Positions 19,059 through 29,267 of a stretch of 64,000 nucleotides of DNA are shown here, piece after piece (the stretch's first letter is position 1; each line of letters opens with the position of its first letter). The notes under the pieces are model-generated. The model saw nothing but the letters and a program-made list of their open reading frames with translations. It was not told where the DNA came from and ran no database searches. Made by a program: the position numbers and the translations under genes. The stretch is from assembly GCA_942493315.1 (NCBI GenBank), contig OW818690.1, positions 2,503,275 to 2,567,274 on the forward strand, read 5' to 3'. This DNA is from an uncultured Bacteroidota bacterium. GTDB taxonomy: Bacteria > Bacteroidota > Bacteroidia > Bacteroidales > WCHB1-69.

Positions 19059-19262
19059 GGTTTAAGGTTTTAGTTTTCAGGTTTTAGTTTTCAGGTTTCA
19101 GTTATCAGTTGTTTAAAGGTTGAACGCTTCGCTGTTTAAAGGTTTAAAAGTTGAAACGTCACTAAACCCTTAATCTCTTAATTTGTAATTCGTATTTCGT
19201 AAATTTTTAATTTTCCCCTTGTCCCTTTCCCCTAATTAGCACATTAGCTTATTATCACATTA
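19037..19262. repeat. Mosaic of short degenerate tandem repeats, mostly 7-nt period
   Basis: GGTTTAA x2, GGTTTTA/GTTTTCA alternating, GTTATCA, TTTAAAGG units, CACATTAGCTTATTAT x2; read directly. Confidence 0.85.
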
Positions 19263-19274
19263 GCTTATTAATCA

Positions 19275-19484
19275 GGGCGTTCCCCTTTGTCTACGCTCAA
19301 CCCAATTCCCCACTCATCGAATATTAAAACCGTCGCTTGCCAAAGGGTCGGTCTCCGGCCTGTACTCCTCGTTTCGCTGCAAGGGTCTGATCGGCCGGGC
19401 AGTAGCTCCTCCGTCGCTCTGCCCGATCCGTCATACCCTAAGCAGCTCAACTTGCGGGGTACTTGGCCTGCGACCTAACGCTCC
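19275..19484. repeat. GC-rich intergenic element (family member 1; possible structured RNA or MITE)
   Basis: Starts GGGCGTTCC and ends CCTAACGC. Shares blocks CAACCCA..ATTCC.CAC and GTACT..TTCGCTGCA with 53196-53374. Its 3' 46 bp repeats 4859-4904. Internal hairpin GATCGG(CCGG)GCAG...CTGCCCGATC. Confidence 0.7.
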
Positions 19485-19569
19485 TTAGTGTCAAAAAAAA
19501 GATAAAAACTTAAGTTATAAAAAAAGTTGTATTTTTGAAAACTAATAAAATATTTATACTTTATTAAAA

Positions 19570-20043
19570 ATGAAAAAAGTTAATATTGAAAAGTTTCAAA
19601 TTGGACAGGAAGAATCGATTTATAAATTGATTAAAAAAGTGTATGATGAATTCGTTTCCATTGATTATTCTGAAGAGGGAAATCAATTTTTTTATGATTG
19701 GATAAACCCTGCTAAAATTTCCGAACGACAAAAAAATCAAGTGAATTTACTCGTAGCCGTAGTAGAAAATCAAATTGTTGGAATGATTGAAATCAGAGAA
19801 AATCTATATATTTCATTGCTATTTGTTGATAAAGCGTTTCATGGAAAAGGTATTGCGAAAAAACTTTATCATGAAGCATTACAAATGCTGATCCAAAGAG
19901 ATCCAAATATTACAAAATTTTATGTACATGCTTCACCATTTTCAATTCCAATCTACCAAAAACTGGGATTTAAAGAAACAGATACTATGCAGGAAAACAA
20001 TGGTATAAAATATGTACCAATGGAAATGATGGTCGGGAAATAA
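19570..20043 (+). CDS. GNAT-family N-acetyltransferase
   Basis: VDKAFHGKGIAKKLY acetyl-CoA-binding motif; size 157 aa. Confidence 0.8.
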   Translation: MKKVNIEKFQIGQEESIYKLIKKVYDEFVSIDYSEEGNQFFYDWINPAKISERQKNQVNLLVAVVENQIVGMIEIRENLYISLLFVDKAFHGKGIAKKLYHEALQMLIQRDPNITKFYVHASPFSIPIYQKLGFKETDTMQENNGIKYVPMEMMVGK

Positions 20044-20092
20044 TTGGTTTTACAAAAAATTTTATTTACATATCAATTTTATGTAAATAATA

Positions 20093-20357
20093 ATGGATTT
20101 TAAGAGTGTTTTTGTTGAATATCTAAAAAATAATTTCACTTTCAATCAGGATGAAATGGATTTAATTTATAGTTATTTTAATCAGGAATATATAAAAAAA
20201 GAAAACCCATTGGTAGTTGCCGGAAAAAGATATACCAAAATAGTATTTGTGATTAGCGGTATTTTTAGAGTTTTTGTAATTGACCCTAAAGGAGATGAAG
20301 TTGTAAAAAATTTTGTTGAATCGAAAAGTTTTTTTGCAGATATTCGAAGTCTTGACA
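20093..20357 (+). pseudogene. Crp/Fnr-type cNMP-binding regulator, N-terminal fragment truncated by an IS
   Basis: N-terminal beta-roll-like sequence (KIVFVISGIFRVFVIDPKGDEVVKNF) runs into the IS5 inverted repeat. No HTH half follows. Confidence 0.55.
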
Positions 20358-21838
<1,481 letters not shown>

Positions 21839-21997
21839 ACTCTGATTGTGCCAAGCCTGCATACAATGGTGTCCCAATTTTGCGATCAAACATCCCAACT
21901 TTGATCCTTCTTTAAAACAATATCACCATCCTGAAATTCAAATTATTTATTTTATTAAAGATACATTATAAAAACATTAGAACATTAAAAAAAATTG

Positions 21998-22005
21998 TAT
22001 ATTTG
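21998..22005 (+). promoter_or_regulatory. Bacteroidota-type -7 box TATATTTG
   Basis: Consensus match about 290 nt upstream of the next ORF (22294). Confidence 0.4.
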
Positions 22006-22293
22006 CGGACTAAAAGAGAACTTAATCTTCCCTTTCATCACTTTCTGACCCAATCTCAACAGAATACAAATAGCCGAGGTTAGTAGCACAAAATGTTACT
22101 GACATCGGCGAAGCCGTAGAAAGAGGTAAGAGAAATATTATGAGTTCATTTGTTAAATGATAATAAAAAAATTTAGAATATTATAAAAGCAATTATACAA
22201 CTAAAAACATACGGTTATCCACCTAAAATGGGAAGCTAACCGCAATAAAGAAGGAAACAGTTACGGTTATATACAAGTTAGCAGCAATTAAAA

Positions 22294-22839
22294 ATGAATA
22301 AATACTTTCTCTTCATAATGTATTTTCTACTTTTCGGTTGTCAATCTTCTGACAAATCTGAAAGCAAAAATAATTCCATAACAACTGCGACTGCAAAAAT
22401 GGATACGAGCAAAACAGACTCGGTCATATCTTCAAAGACAACTATTATTGATACGCTTGAGCTTAAAAAGTTTTGGAATGATTGTATGTTGCCAATTATG
22501 AGTTTGGACAAAGACCAATTAAAACAAATTGTCAACTTTCCATTGGCTGGTGACTGGGGACATATGGTAGGACTAAATAAACCTGAAGAACAATGGACAG
22601 AAAAAGAATTCTACAGCAATTTGCAAAAACTTTTTTATCCAGAATACTTAGACAAATTAAAAAAACAAACCTACAAAGACATTAACGTCTATCAACAAGA
22701 CAATGGAGAAATTAATTTACTTGTGACTGCTAATTTTGAAATGACAGTTGACAATTTCAAAACAGAATCTTCAACCATTCTTAGATTTAAGAAAATAAAC
22801 AACAAATGGAAGTTATACGTAATTTCCCATGCAGGATAA
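22294..22839 (+). CDS. Hypothetical lipoprotein
   Basis: Lipobox LLFGC; no motif recognised. Confidence 0.55.
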   Translation: MNKYFLFIMYFLLFGCQSSDKSESKNNSITTATAKMDTSKTDSVISSKTTIIDTLELKKFWNDCMLPIMSLDKDQLKQIVNFPLAGDWGHMVGLNKPEEQWTEKEFYSNLQKLFYPEYLDKLKKQTYKDINVYQQDNGEINLLVTANFEMTVDNFKTESSTILRFKKINNKWKLYVISHAG

Positions 22840-22849
22840 TTCAACTGCT

Positions 22850-22972
22850 GCTAACAAACGCTAAAACTAATGTGGCCTCGTTCCCGTTGACAATGAAAAA
22901 AAACAATAAATAAAACCAACTCGCTAGGAGCGTGAAGAGTAAGCCACACTAGTCTTAGCGTCAGGCGTTAGC
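22850..22972. other. attC-like imperfect palindrome (candidate recombination site)
   Basis: Arms at 22850-22876 and 22943-22972. Pairing is 6 bp outer (GCTAAC/GTTAGC), an unpaired asymmetric spacer, then 6+4+6 bp with two mismatches, around a 66-nt centre. Confidence 0.45.
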
Positions 22973-22994
22973 GTGCATACAAACTTAAAAAATA

Positions 22995-23789
22995 ATGAGA
23001 CGAATCTTTTTTCTATTTTTTCTTTTGGTTTCAGTTGACATTTTTGGAACTGGTCAAATTCCTGATTATTTGATATACAAAGGGGATACACTTCGTTTAT
23101 ATGCCAATCCTCTGGAATCTTATTTTAATTTTTGGCATAAAAGGCCCACAAAACTATTTGATGAAATAGGGTTTAATTCAACAGCTACCTGGAGGGGGTA
23201 TATTGGTTATTGGGAATTAAGAAATGATAGTTTGTTCCTTAAAAGATTAGAGGGTGATACATGTGACATTGATTTATCGCTAATATTTAAAAAGAGTATA
23301 AAAAATGGAGAAGTTTTTGCATATTGGGTTAATGAGAATTTGCTTAATCCTTATGGTAAGAGAATATATTATATTCATATGGGATATAGTTCATTCTACG
23401 AATTTGAAAGAGAATTTATTTTCAAAAAAGGGATTTTGAAAGATACCTTGTTTTATGATAATTCCAAATCTAAGGAAAGTCAATACACGGAAGATCCTAT
23501 TCTATTGAAAGAGTATATTACATCAAATATTAACTATTCGAATATTACAAACGATCCTTATAAAAATTCAAGAGTAATATTAGAGATACAAAATGTTACC
23601 GAGGAAGGGAAAATAGATAGTGTGATAGTTGTAGAAGGTAATGATGAAGAAAGAAATAAAGAAGCTATTAGAATAGTTAAATCAATTCCTGAATGGACTG
23701 TTATTTTTTCGAGAGGAAAACAAATTCAATTATTTTGGTATCTATTTGTTGAATTTGGAAATAAAAAAGATGAAGATAACGCACGCTAA
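22995..23789 (+). CDS. Hypothetical secreted protein with TonB-C-like C-terminal region
   Basis: Signal peptide. The C-terminal ~70 aa resemble a TonB C-terminal fold pattern (weak). The stop codon lies inside a CGCTAAC box. Confidence 0.5.
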   Translation: MRRIFFLFFLLVSVDIFGTGQIPDYLIYKGDTLRLYANPLESYFNFWHKRPTKLFDEIGFNSTATWRGYIGYWELRNDSLFLKRLEGDTCDIDLSLIFKKSIKNGEVFAYWVNENLLNPYGKRIYYIHMGYSSFYEFEREFIFKKGILKDTLFYDNSKSKESQYTEDPILLKEYITSNINYSNITNDPYKNSRVILEIQNVTEEGKIDSVIVVEGNDEERNKEAIRIVKSIPEWTVIFSRGKQIQLFWYLFVEFGNKKDEDNAR

Positions 23790-23874
23790 CTCGAGGTATA
23801 AAAAATAGCAGGTAAAAATTAAATTTAGGATTATGTTGAATATTTATAATAAAAATAACTTTAATAAGGAATTA

Positions 23875-24414
23875 ATGAAATATTGGGGATTTTTAATTAT
23901 AGTTTTATTTGTAAGTTGTAAAGCACTGAGAAATGAGGAGGAGCCCAAATCTGATCTATCTGTTCATTTTCAAAATCAAGGAGAGCAAGAAAAATATTGG
24001 GCTAAACAGTTTTTTGAGAAAAATTATGAAAAATCTGAATATTCTAAATTTAATGGACAAGTGAAAATTACTAACTCTGAAATTCAAATAGGAGAAAAAG
24101 ATTATATCAGCAATTTATATTCTAATCAAAAATACAATTTGATTTTTGAAAAAGGATTACTTTATCCAAGTCTTTTAATGAGTGACTCTTTGTATATTTG
24201 CTGTATTGAAGAATTACCTTTTTTATCTGATAATCCACAAATAAAAAGATTTAGATTTTTACTTTCAGTGAAAATTAGAAATATAGAACTTTTAAACCCA
24301 AGTGTTTATCTATTTGAACTTACTAATGAAAAAGCAACAAAAGATGATAATTGGGAAGTCTTTATAGAAAATGCAAAATTGACTTTCTTAAAATATGGGT
24401 GGTCTCAAATTTAA
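23875..24414 (+). CDS. Hypothetical lipoprotein
   Basis: ORF 23833..24414. The internal Met at 23875 gives lipobox LFVSC. Confidence 0.5.
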   Translation: MKYWGFLIIVLFVSCKALRNEEEPKSDLSVHFQNQGEQEKYWAKQFFEKNYEKSEYSKFNGQVKITNSEIQIGEKDYISNLYSNQKYNLIFEKGLLYPSLLMSDSLYICCIEELPFLSDNPQIKRFRFLLSVKIRNIELLNPSVYLFELTNEKATKDDNWEVFIENAKLTFLKYGWSQI

Positions 24415-24716
24415 AAAACAGCCCCTTTCAATCCTAAACCCAACTTAGATTTCTCCACGTGACAACAAAAAAATAAACTAACACTCGCTGGCCAATCGAT
24501 GCGAATATAGATAGTTTTAGCACTATACGTTAGCGACAAGCAAATAAGACATAAAAATTCAAATCAATATGAAAAAATTAAATACTTTATCAACTATTGA
24601 ATTCAAAACAGCAAAATCATTTTAAAAGAACTAAACAAAAATAAAATAACTTAAATTTCTTTTGCCAATTGACGCAATTGAACTCAAAATATTATTACAA
24701 CTTTATGGCTTATATT

Positions 24717-25253
24717 ATGAAAAACAAAATTTCCATATTAGTAATATTGCTGATTCTATTTACTTCTTGCACCAGTCATGATGCTAAAAAAATTAAATTA
24801 TATGGTTTTTCCAATCAAAAAGAAGTTAAATATGAAGAAGGTAATTCAATTTTTTATATTGGACTTAATGATTATTTTGAATATTTAAATAAAAGAGCAA
24901 AGGAAAAATTACTATCTAATGAAGATAGCTGTATTATCAAATATCTGGAAACTATTAAAGACAAATCTATTACAATATCTGATACAACTTCATTACATGG
25001 AATAAGAAAAGATATATTTTCAGATGGAAAAGATACTGTTTTGACAAGTATTAATATTTATCCGGTAGATAATTTTAGGTGGGCTATAATTTATTTTGCA
25101 AAAAAAGGAAATATTAAAATTTATAATAAGAAAAAGAAAAAATTTGTACAAAACATAATAGTTGACGAAATTGAATATTCAAATTCTGCTGAAGTTGTAA
25201 TAATGTTAGAAAATAAAGTTCAAATATTTGATCAACTAAGATGGGCATATTAA
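24717..25253 (+). CDS. Hypothetical lipoprotein
   Basis: ORF 24669..25253. The ATG at 24717 gives MKNKISILVILLILFTSC. Confidence 0.5.
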   Translation: MKNKISILVILLILFTSCTSHDAKKIKLYGFSNQKEVKYEEGNSIFYIGLNDYFEYLNKRAKEKLLSNEDSCIIKYLETIKDKSITISDTTSLHGIRKDIFSDGKDTVLTSINIYPVDNFRWAIIYFAKKGNIKIYNKKKKKFVQNIIVDEIEYSNSAEVVIMLENKVQIFDQLRWAY

Positions 25254-25379
25254 AATACAATAGTCACGTAGACAAACATTTATAACATCTTTTTAAAATT
25301 ATCTTCACATGGTACATTAAGTTTTATATCTATTAATGAAATAAGTTAAAATGTATGATCATGAGATAATTTGATTATC

Positions 25380-26018
25380 TCACTTTCTTCCAAAGTCCGC
25401 CGGAATCTCACCCCACTTTTTGGTGTTCCACTTGATGATTTGTGTGGTGAATGTGTTGTTGTTTAACCAAAATTCTGCTCGGGCTAAAAGATCAAAAATT
25501 ACATCGTTAGCATCGGTCGGTAAAACTATCGATTTGTGCTTTTTGTGCCTAACCCACGCAATGGCTGTGATACTGTCGGAGTATAAAGGTAATGGGGAAT
25601 TCATCTGCTTGAGAAGCGCTAACCCATGAACTAAAGCTAAGAATTCTCCAATATTATTACTGGCTCCCTGAAATGGTCCTTTATGAAACCAAAGCTCTTT
25701 AGTTGCTGAATAAACCCCTCTGTATTCCATCTGTCCTGTAACCATGTTACAGGCTGCATCTACCGCCAAACTGTTCAAAATGGGCTGCTCATTGTTTCCT
25801 GTTATGGAATAACTTGATCTATTTGATGTTGATGGATTTTTTTTGTAATATTTGGAATATCCATCCATAAATGCTTTATCTGCTTCAATTTTGGATTCAA
25901 ATGATTTATACTTGGCTCCATCAAATCCAAAAACCTGATCGTTACAAGATTTCCAATTGTCAAAGACGCCACAAATGCGCCCACTCCAAACTACATAGTA
26001 TTTTTGCTTAGTTGTCAT
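25380..26018 (-). CDS. rnhA: Ribonuclease HI with N-terminal hybrid-binding domain
   Basis: N-terminal KYYVVWSGRICGVFDNWKSCNDQV...KYKSFES motif plus an RNase H core (DAACN, GEFLALVHGL, YSDS). Confidence 0.85.
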   Translation of the reverse strand: MTTKQKYYVVWSGRICGVFDNWKSCNDQVFGFDGAKYKSFESKIEADKAFMDGYSKYYKKNPSTSNRSSYSITGNNEQPILNSLAVDAACNMVTGQMEYRGVYSATKELWFHKGPFQGASNNIGEFLALVHGLALLKQMNSPLPLYSDSITAIAWVRHKKHKSIVLPTDANDVIFDLLARAEFWLNNNTFTTQIIKWNTKKWGEIPADFGRK

Positions 26019-26091
26019 ATGAGATTTATTTGGTATTTTTGCAGAATAAAACGTGCAAAAATAGAAAATTATAATTAGTGAATGAACAATA

Positions 26092-26598
26092 ATGATAACA
26101 ATTTATAAACAAATGATGTCGAAAAAAATTATTTTACTGGGAATGAGTGTGTTAATGATTGCTTTTTCTTCTTGTAATCAAGATAAACCACTTTTAGATG
26201 AAACAAAGACTTTTTCAGGAAACAACTGGAGCTTTGATCAAAAATTTGTCGTGTTTCAAAAACAGATTGAAGCCTCTGAAAAACCTTATGAGATCTATTT
26301 GGATTTAGATTTGGAAAAAGATTTGGATGTGGATGAGTTTCCTGTAACTGTTTCCATCTATTCCGATAAAGGAGAAGAATCTCATAAACAAGTGATCTAT
26401 TATTTCCCCGTTGTGGCCGATAACAATTTAAGTACGCCAAATTCACCCAAAATTTTAACAAAACTGGTGTATGGTGAGAAATATTTTAACACTTCCGGAA
26501 ATTACACCTTTAAATTGCTCAGAAAGTCCTCAAAATATGATCTTTACGGAATAAAAGGAATCCGATTTAGAGTGGTTGAGAAAAAAGTAAAGAGTTAA
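26092..26598 (+). CDS. Hypothetical lipoprotein with a distant GldH-like pattern
   Basis: Lipobox AFSSC (the likely start is an internal Met near 26113). The C-terminal GNYTFKLLRKS...GIRFRVVE resembles the GldH layout only weakly. Confidence 0.45.
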   Translation: MITIYKQMMSKKIILLGMSVLMIAFSSCNQDKPLLDETKTFSGNNWSFDQKFVVFQKQIEASEKPYEIYLDLDLEKDLDVDEFPVTVSIYSDKGEESHKQVIYYFPVVADNNLSTPNSPKILTKLVYGEKYFNTSGNYTFKLLRKSSKYDLYGIKGIRFRVVEKKVKS

Positions 26599-26698
26599 TA
26601 ATCAAGACTATATAATTTAAGTTTTTTCTTATAAAAAGTAGCAAAAAGGTGCAAAATCTTTTTGCTACTTTTGTTTTAGAAATTTTAAAAAACTAAAA

Positions 26699-28240
26699 AT
26701 GCTAATAAGAACTTATAGTTGTGCTTTAATGGGATGTGCTGCCATTCCCATTACAATAGAAGTGAGTGTAGAATTAGGCGTCAATTTTTGTTTGGTAGGT
26801 TTGCCGGATAGTGCGGTAAAAGAGAGTCAACAAAGAATTGATACTGCCTTAAAATGTTATGGGTATAAAATACCCGGAAAGAAAATTGTGATCAATATGG
26901 CTCCTGCCGATATTAGAAAAGAGGGATCTGCTTTTGATTTAACTTTAGCTGTCGGGATTTTAATTGCCTCTGAACAGATCTCCGGAGCAGAAATAGTGGA
27001 AGATTATTATATTATGGGTGAACTCTCTTTAGATGGTACTTTACAACCTGTTAAAGGCGCATTACCCGTAGCGATAGAAGCCCGAAAAAAAGGGAAAAAA
27101 GGGGTTATTTTACCGATTCAGAATGCCCGGGAGGCTGCCATTGTTTCAGATATTGATGTATTGGGCGTTGAAAATATCAAACAAGTGATCGATTTCTTTC
27201 ATCATAACTATCCGATACCCAAAGTGGAAGTGAATACCCGAAAAGAGTTTCAGGAAAGCTTGAATGAGTACGAATTTGATTTTTCTGATGTTAAAGGTCA
27301 GGTGAATATTAAAAGAGCATTGGAGATTGCTGCTGGAGGTGGACATAATGTGATATTAATTGGCCCTCCCGGATCAGGTAAAACGATGTTAGCTAAGCGG
27401 TTGCCTTCCATTTTGCCCCCACTTACTCTTAATGAATCTCTGGAAACTACTAAAATCCATTCCGTTGCCGGAAAGTTAAGTCGTTACGCATCTTTGGTAT
27501 CCGTTCGTCCCTTTCGGGCACCCCATCATACGATTTCCGATGTGGCCTTAGTTGGTGGCGGTACGCATCCACAACCGGGAGAGATCTCCATGGCTCACAA
27601 TGGAGTCCTTTTTTTGGATGAATTACCCGAATTTAAAAGAACTGTGCTGGAAGTGATGAGACAACCATTAGAGGATCGTTTTGTGACCATCTCAAGATCC
27701 AAATATTCTGTCGAGTTTCCTGCCTCCTTTATGTTTGTGGCTGCTATGAACCCTTGTCCCTGCGGTAATTATAACCATCCAACTATTGAGTGCTCCTGCG
27801 GGCCTGGTGTGGTTCAAAAGTATCTCAATAAAGTGTCAGGTCCACTCATGGACAGGATTGATATACATGTTGAGGTAGTTCCGGTTTCTCATGAAGAGTT
27901 GGCCTCAACTGCTGAAGTGGAAAAAAGCGAAATGATTAGAAATAGGGTAGTAAAAGCCAGAGAGATGCAAAAGGAACGGTTTAAAGGGTATCCCAATGTT
28001 TTTTCTAATGCTCAAATGAGTAGCAAGTTAGTGCGAAAATTTTGTATCATTTCAGAGGCTGGGCATCAGTTGCTGAAAACTGCAATGGAAAGGTTGGGAT
28101 TATCAGCACGGGCTTATGACCGGATTTTAAGGGTAGCAAGAACTATTGCAGATTTGGATCAATCAAATGAAATAGAGATTGAACATCTTTCAGAAGCGAT
28201 CCATTTCCGAAGTCTGGATCGTGATAGCTGGGGAAAATAG
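26699..28240 (+). CDS. YifB/ComM-family Mg-chelatase-like AAA+ ATPase
   Basis: Lon-like N-terminal domain; Walker A GPPGSGKTM; LFLDELPEF; C-terminal ChlI-like region. Confidence 0.9.
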   Translation: MLIRTYSCALMGCAAIPITIEVSVELGVNFCLVGLPDSAVKESQQRIDTALKCYGYKIPGKKIVINMAPADIRKEGSAFDLTLAVGILIASEQISGAEIVEDYYIMGELSLDGTLQPVKGALPVAIEARKKGKKGVILPIQNAREAAIVSDIDVLGVENIKQVIDFFHHNYPIPKVEVNTRKEFQESLNEYEFDFSDVKGQVNIKRALEIAAGGGHNVILIGPPGSGKTMLAKRLPSILPPLTLNESLETTKIHSVAGKLSRYASLVSVRPFRAPHHTISDVALVGGGTHPQPGEISMAHNGVLFLDELPEFKRTVLEVMRQPLEDRFVTISRSKYSVEFPASFMFVAAMNPCPCGNYNHPTIECSCGPGVVQKYLNKVSGPLMDRIDIHVEVVPVSHEELASTAEVEKSEMIRNRVVKAREMQKERFKGYPNVFSNAQMSSKLVRKFCIISEAGHQLLKTAMERLGLSARAYDRILRVARTIADLDQSNEIEIEHLSEAIHFRSLDRDSWGK

Positions 28241-28242
28241 TA

Positions 28243-28623
28243 TTAATCTACAGTGGAAATCGCAATGATATTACTATAACCGGTTCCGGCGTTGGTTTTT
28301 ACGTAAGCACGTATATAATAGGTAACATCTTCCAACGGAAGACTGGTTTCATATTTGTAAACCATTTCTGTTGAGTTTCTTTCAAATACTTCAACTACTG
28401 AATACTGATCTAAATGAGATGGGGTGCTGTTTAAACTAAAAATACCACCTTGCTCAGTAAAGTTGGTACATCCTCCATTATCAACAATTGTTACAGTACA
28501 GGATACAGTTTTAAAAAAAGGATCATAATTGGCTTTCAAAGTCAATATAGGTGGCTCAAATTTTTCACATCCAACAAACAATACTGCAATAAGTACAAAC
28601 AAAATAGCAACGTTTCTTCTCAT
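28243..28623 (-). CDS. Hypothetical lipoprotein
   Basis: Lipobox LFVGC. Confidence 0.5.
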   Translation of the reverse strand: MRRNVAILFVLIAVLFVGCEKFEPPILTLKANYDPFFKTVSCTVTIVDNGGCTNFTEQGGIFSLNSTPSHLDQYSVVEVFERNSTEMVYKYETSLPLEDVTYYIRAYVKTNAGTGYSNIIAISTVD

Positions 28624-28727
28624 TTTGATAATTTTAAATTAAGATTACAAAAATAGAATTTTTTTTTATATATCCATCCAAATAAATGGCATTTTTATAT
28701 ATTTTTGTAAATTACAAAATTAACAGT

Positions 28728-29267
28728 ATGTCATTAGTCAATATTATTAAAACCAAATACCTAAATAACTATCTTCATAGTCATAAAATAGTAAGAAATA
28801 AAGAGATAGTATCTTTGGATGGGGCTAAGACGATAGGAATTATTTCAGAAATTACAGATGAGGATTCTTATAAACATATTTATTCCCTTTTTACGAAGCT
28901 TCAAAATCTTCAAAAAACAGTTTGGTTGATGTGTTATGTGGATCAAAAAGAGGTTCCTTATTACTGTTTACAACAATTAACTGCAGATTATTTTTCTAAA
29001 AAAAATCTCAATTGGTTTGGAAAACCCGATTTTGTTCAAATGAAAGATTTTTTATCGAAGGATTTTGATGTACTGATTGATTTAAACCAAAATAGCTTTT
29101 CCAGTATCACTTTTATGCTGGCTCAAACCCATGCCAAATTTATTGTCGGATCTGTTCCCGAACACCAGCCATTTTATGATTTGTATATCAAAAGTGATGA
29201 AAGAAGTGATAAATTAGAATTGTTAAAAAATATCCACATTTATTCGAAAAAACTTACCGGCGAATGA
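28728..29267 (+). CDS. Hypothetical protein upstream of dapA
   Basis: The ATG at 28728 follows a TATTTTTG box at 28700-28707. The longer ORF start (28686) lies upstream of that box. Confidence 0.5.
   Translation: MSLVNIIKTKYLNNYLHSHKIVRNKEIVSLDGAKTIGIISEITDEDSYKHIYSLFTKLQNLQKTVWLMCYVDQKEVPYYCLQQLTADYFSKKNLNWFGKPDFVQMKDFLSKDFDVLIDLNQNSFSSITFMLAQTHAKFIVGSVPEHQPFYDLYIKSDERSDKLELLKNIHIYSKKLTGE

Noticed and set aside
19268-19478. ORFs 19268..19450 (-) and 19287..19478 (+) inside the GC-rich element, and ORF 53181..53378 in the second element
   Set aside because: They are open on both strands only because of the GC richness. The peptides are low-complexity Arg/Pro/Ser-rich, and the reading frame is not conserved between the two homologous elements.
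21841-21950. Possible minus-strand cNMP-binding-like fragment (FEFQDGDIVLKKDQ) right of the IS5
   Set aside because: Only about 15 residues are suggestive, they are interrupted by stops, and this is indistinguishable from chance.
24458-24535. Second attC-like element downstream of ORF 23875..24414
   Set aside because: Its centre and right arm are homologous to 22850-22972 and it ends in GTTAGCG, but I could not find a complementary left arm (CCTAAACCCAACTTAG does not pair). I therefore do not call it a foldable site and cite it only as supporting context.
24569-24625. 18-codon mini-ORF MKKLNTLSTIEFKTAKSF resembling the start of a bacteriocin-type leader
   Set aside because: It stops before any GG cleavage motif or core peptide and is too short to support.
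25363-25381. Hairpin GAGATAAT-TTG-ATTATCTC between convergent genes as a terminator
   Set aside because: It overlaps the rnhA stop codon and lacks a U-run on either strand. It is plausible but not supportable as a canonical terminator.
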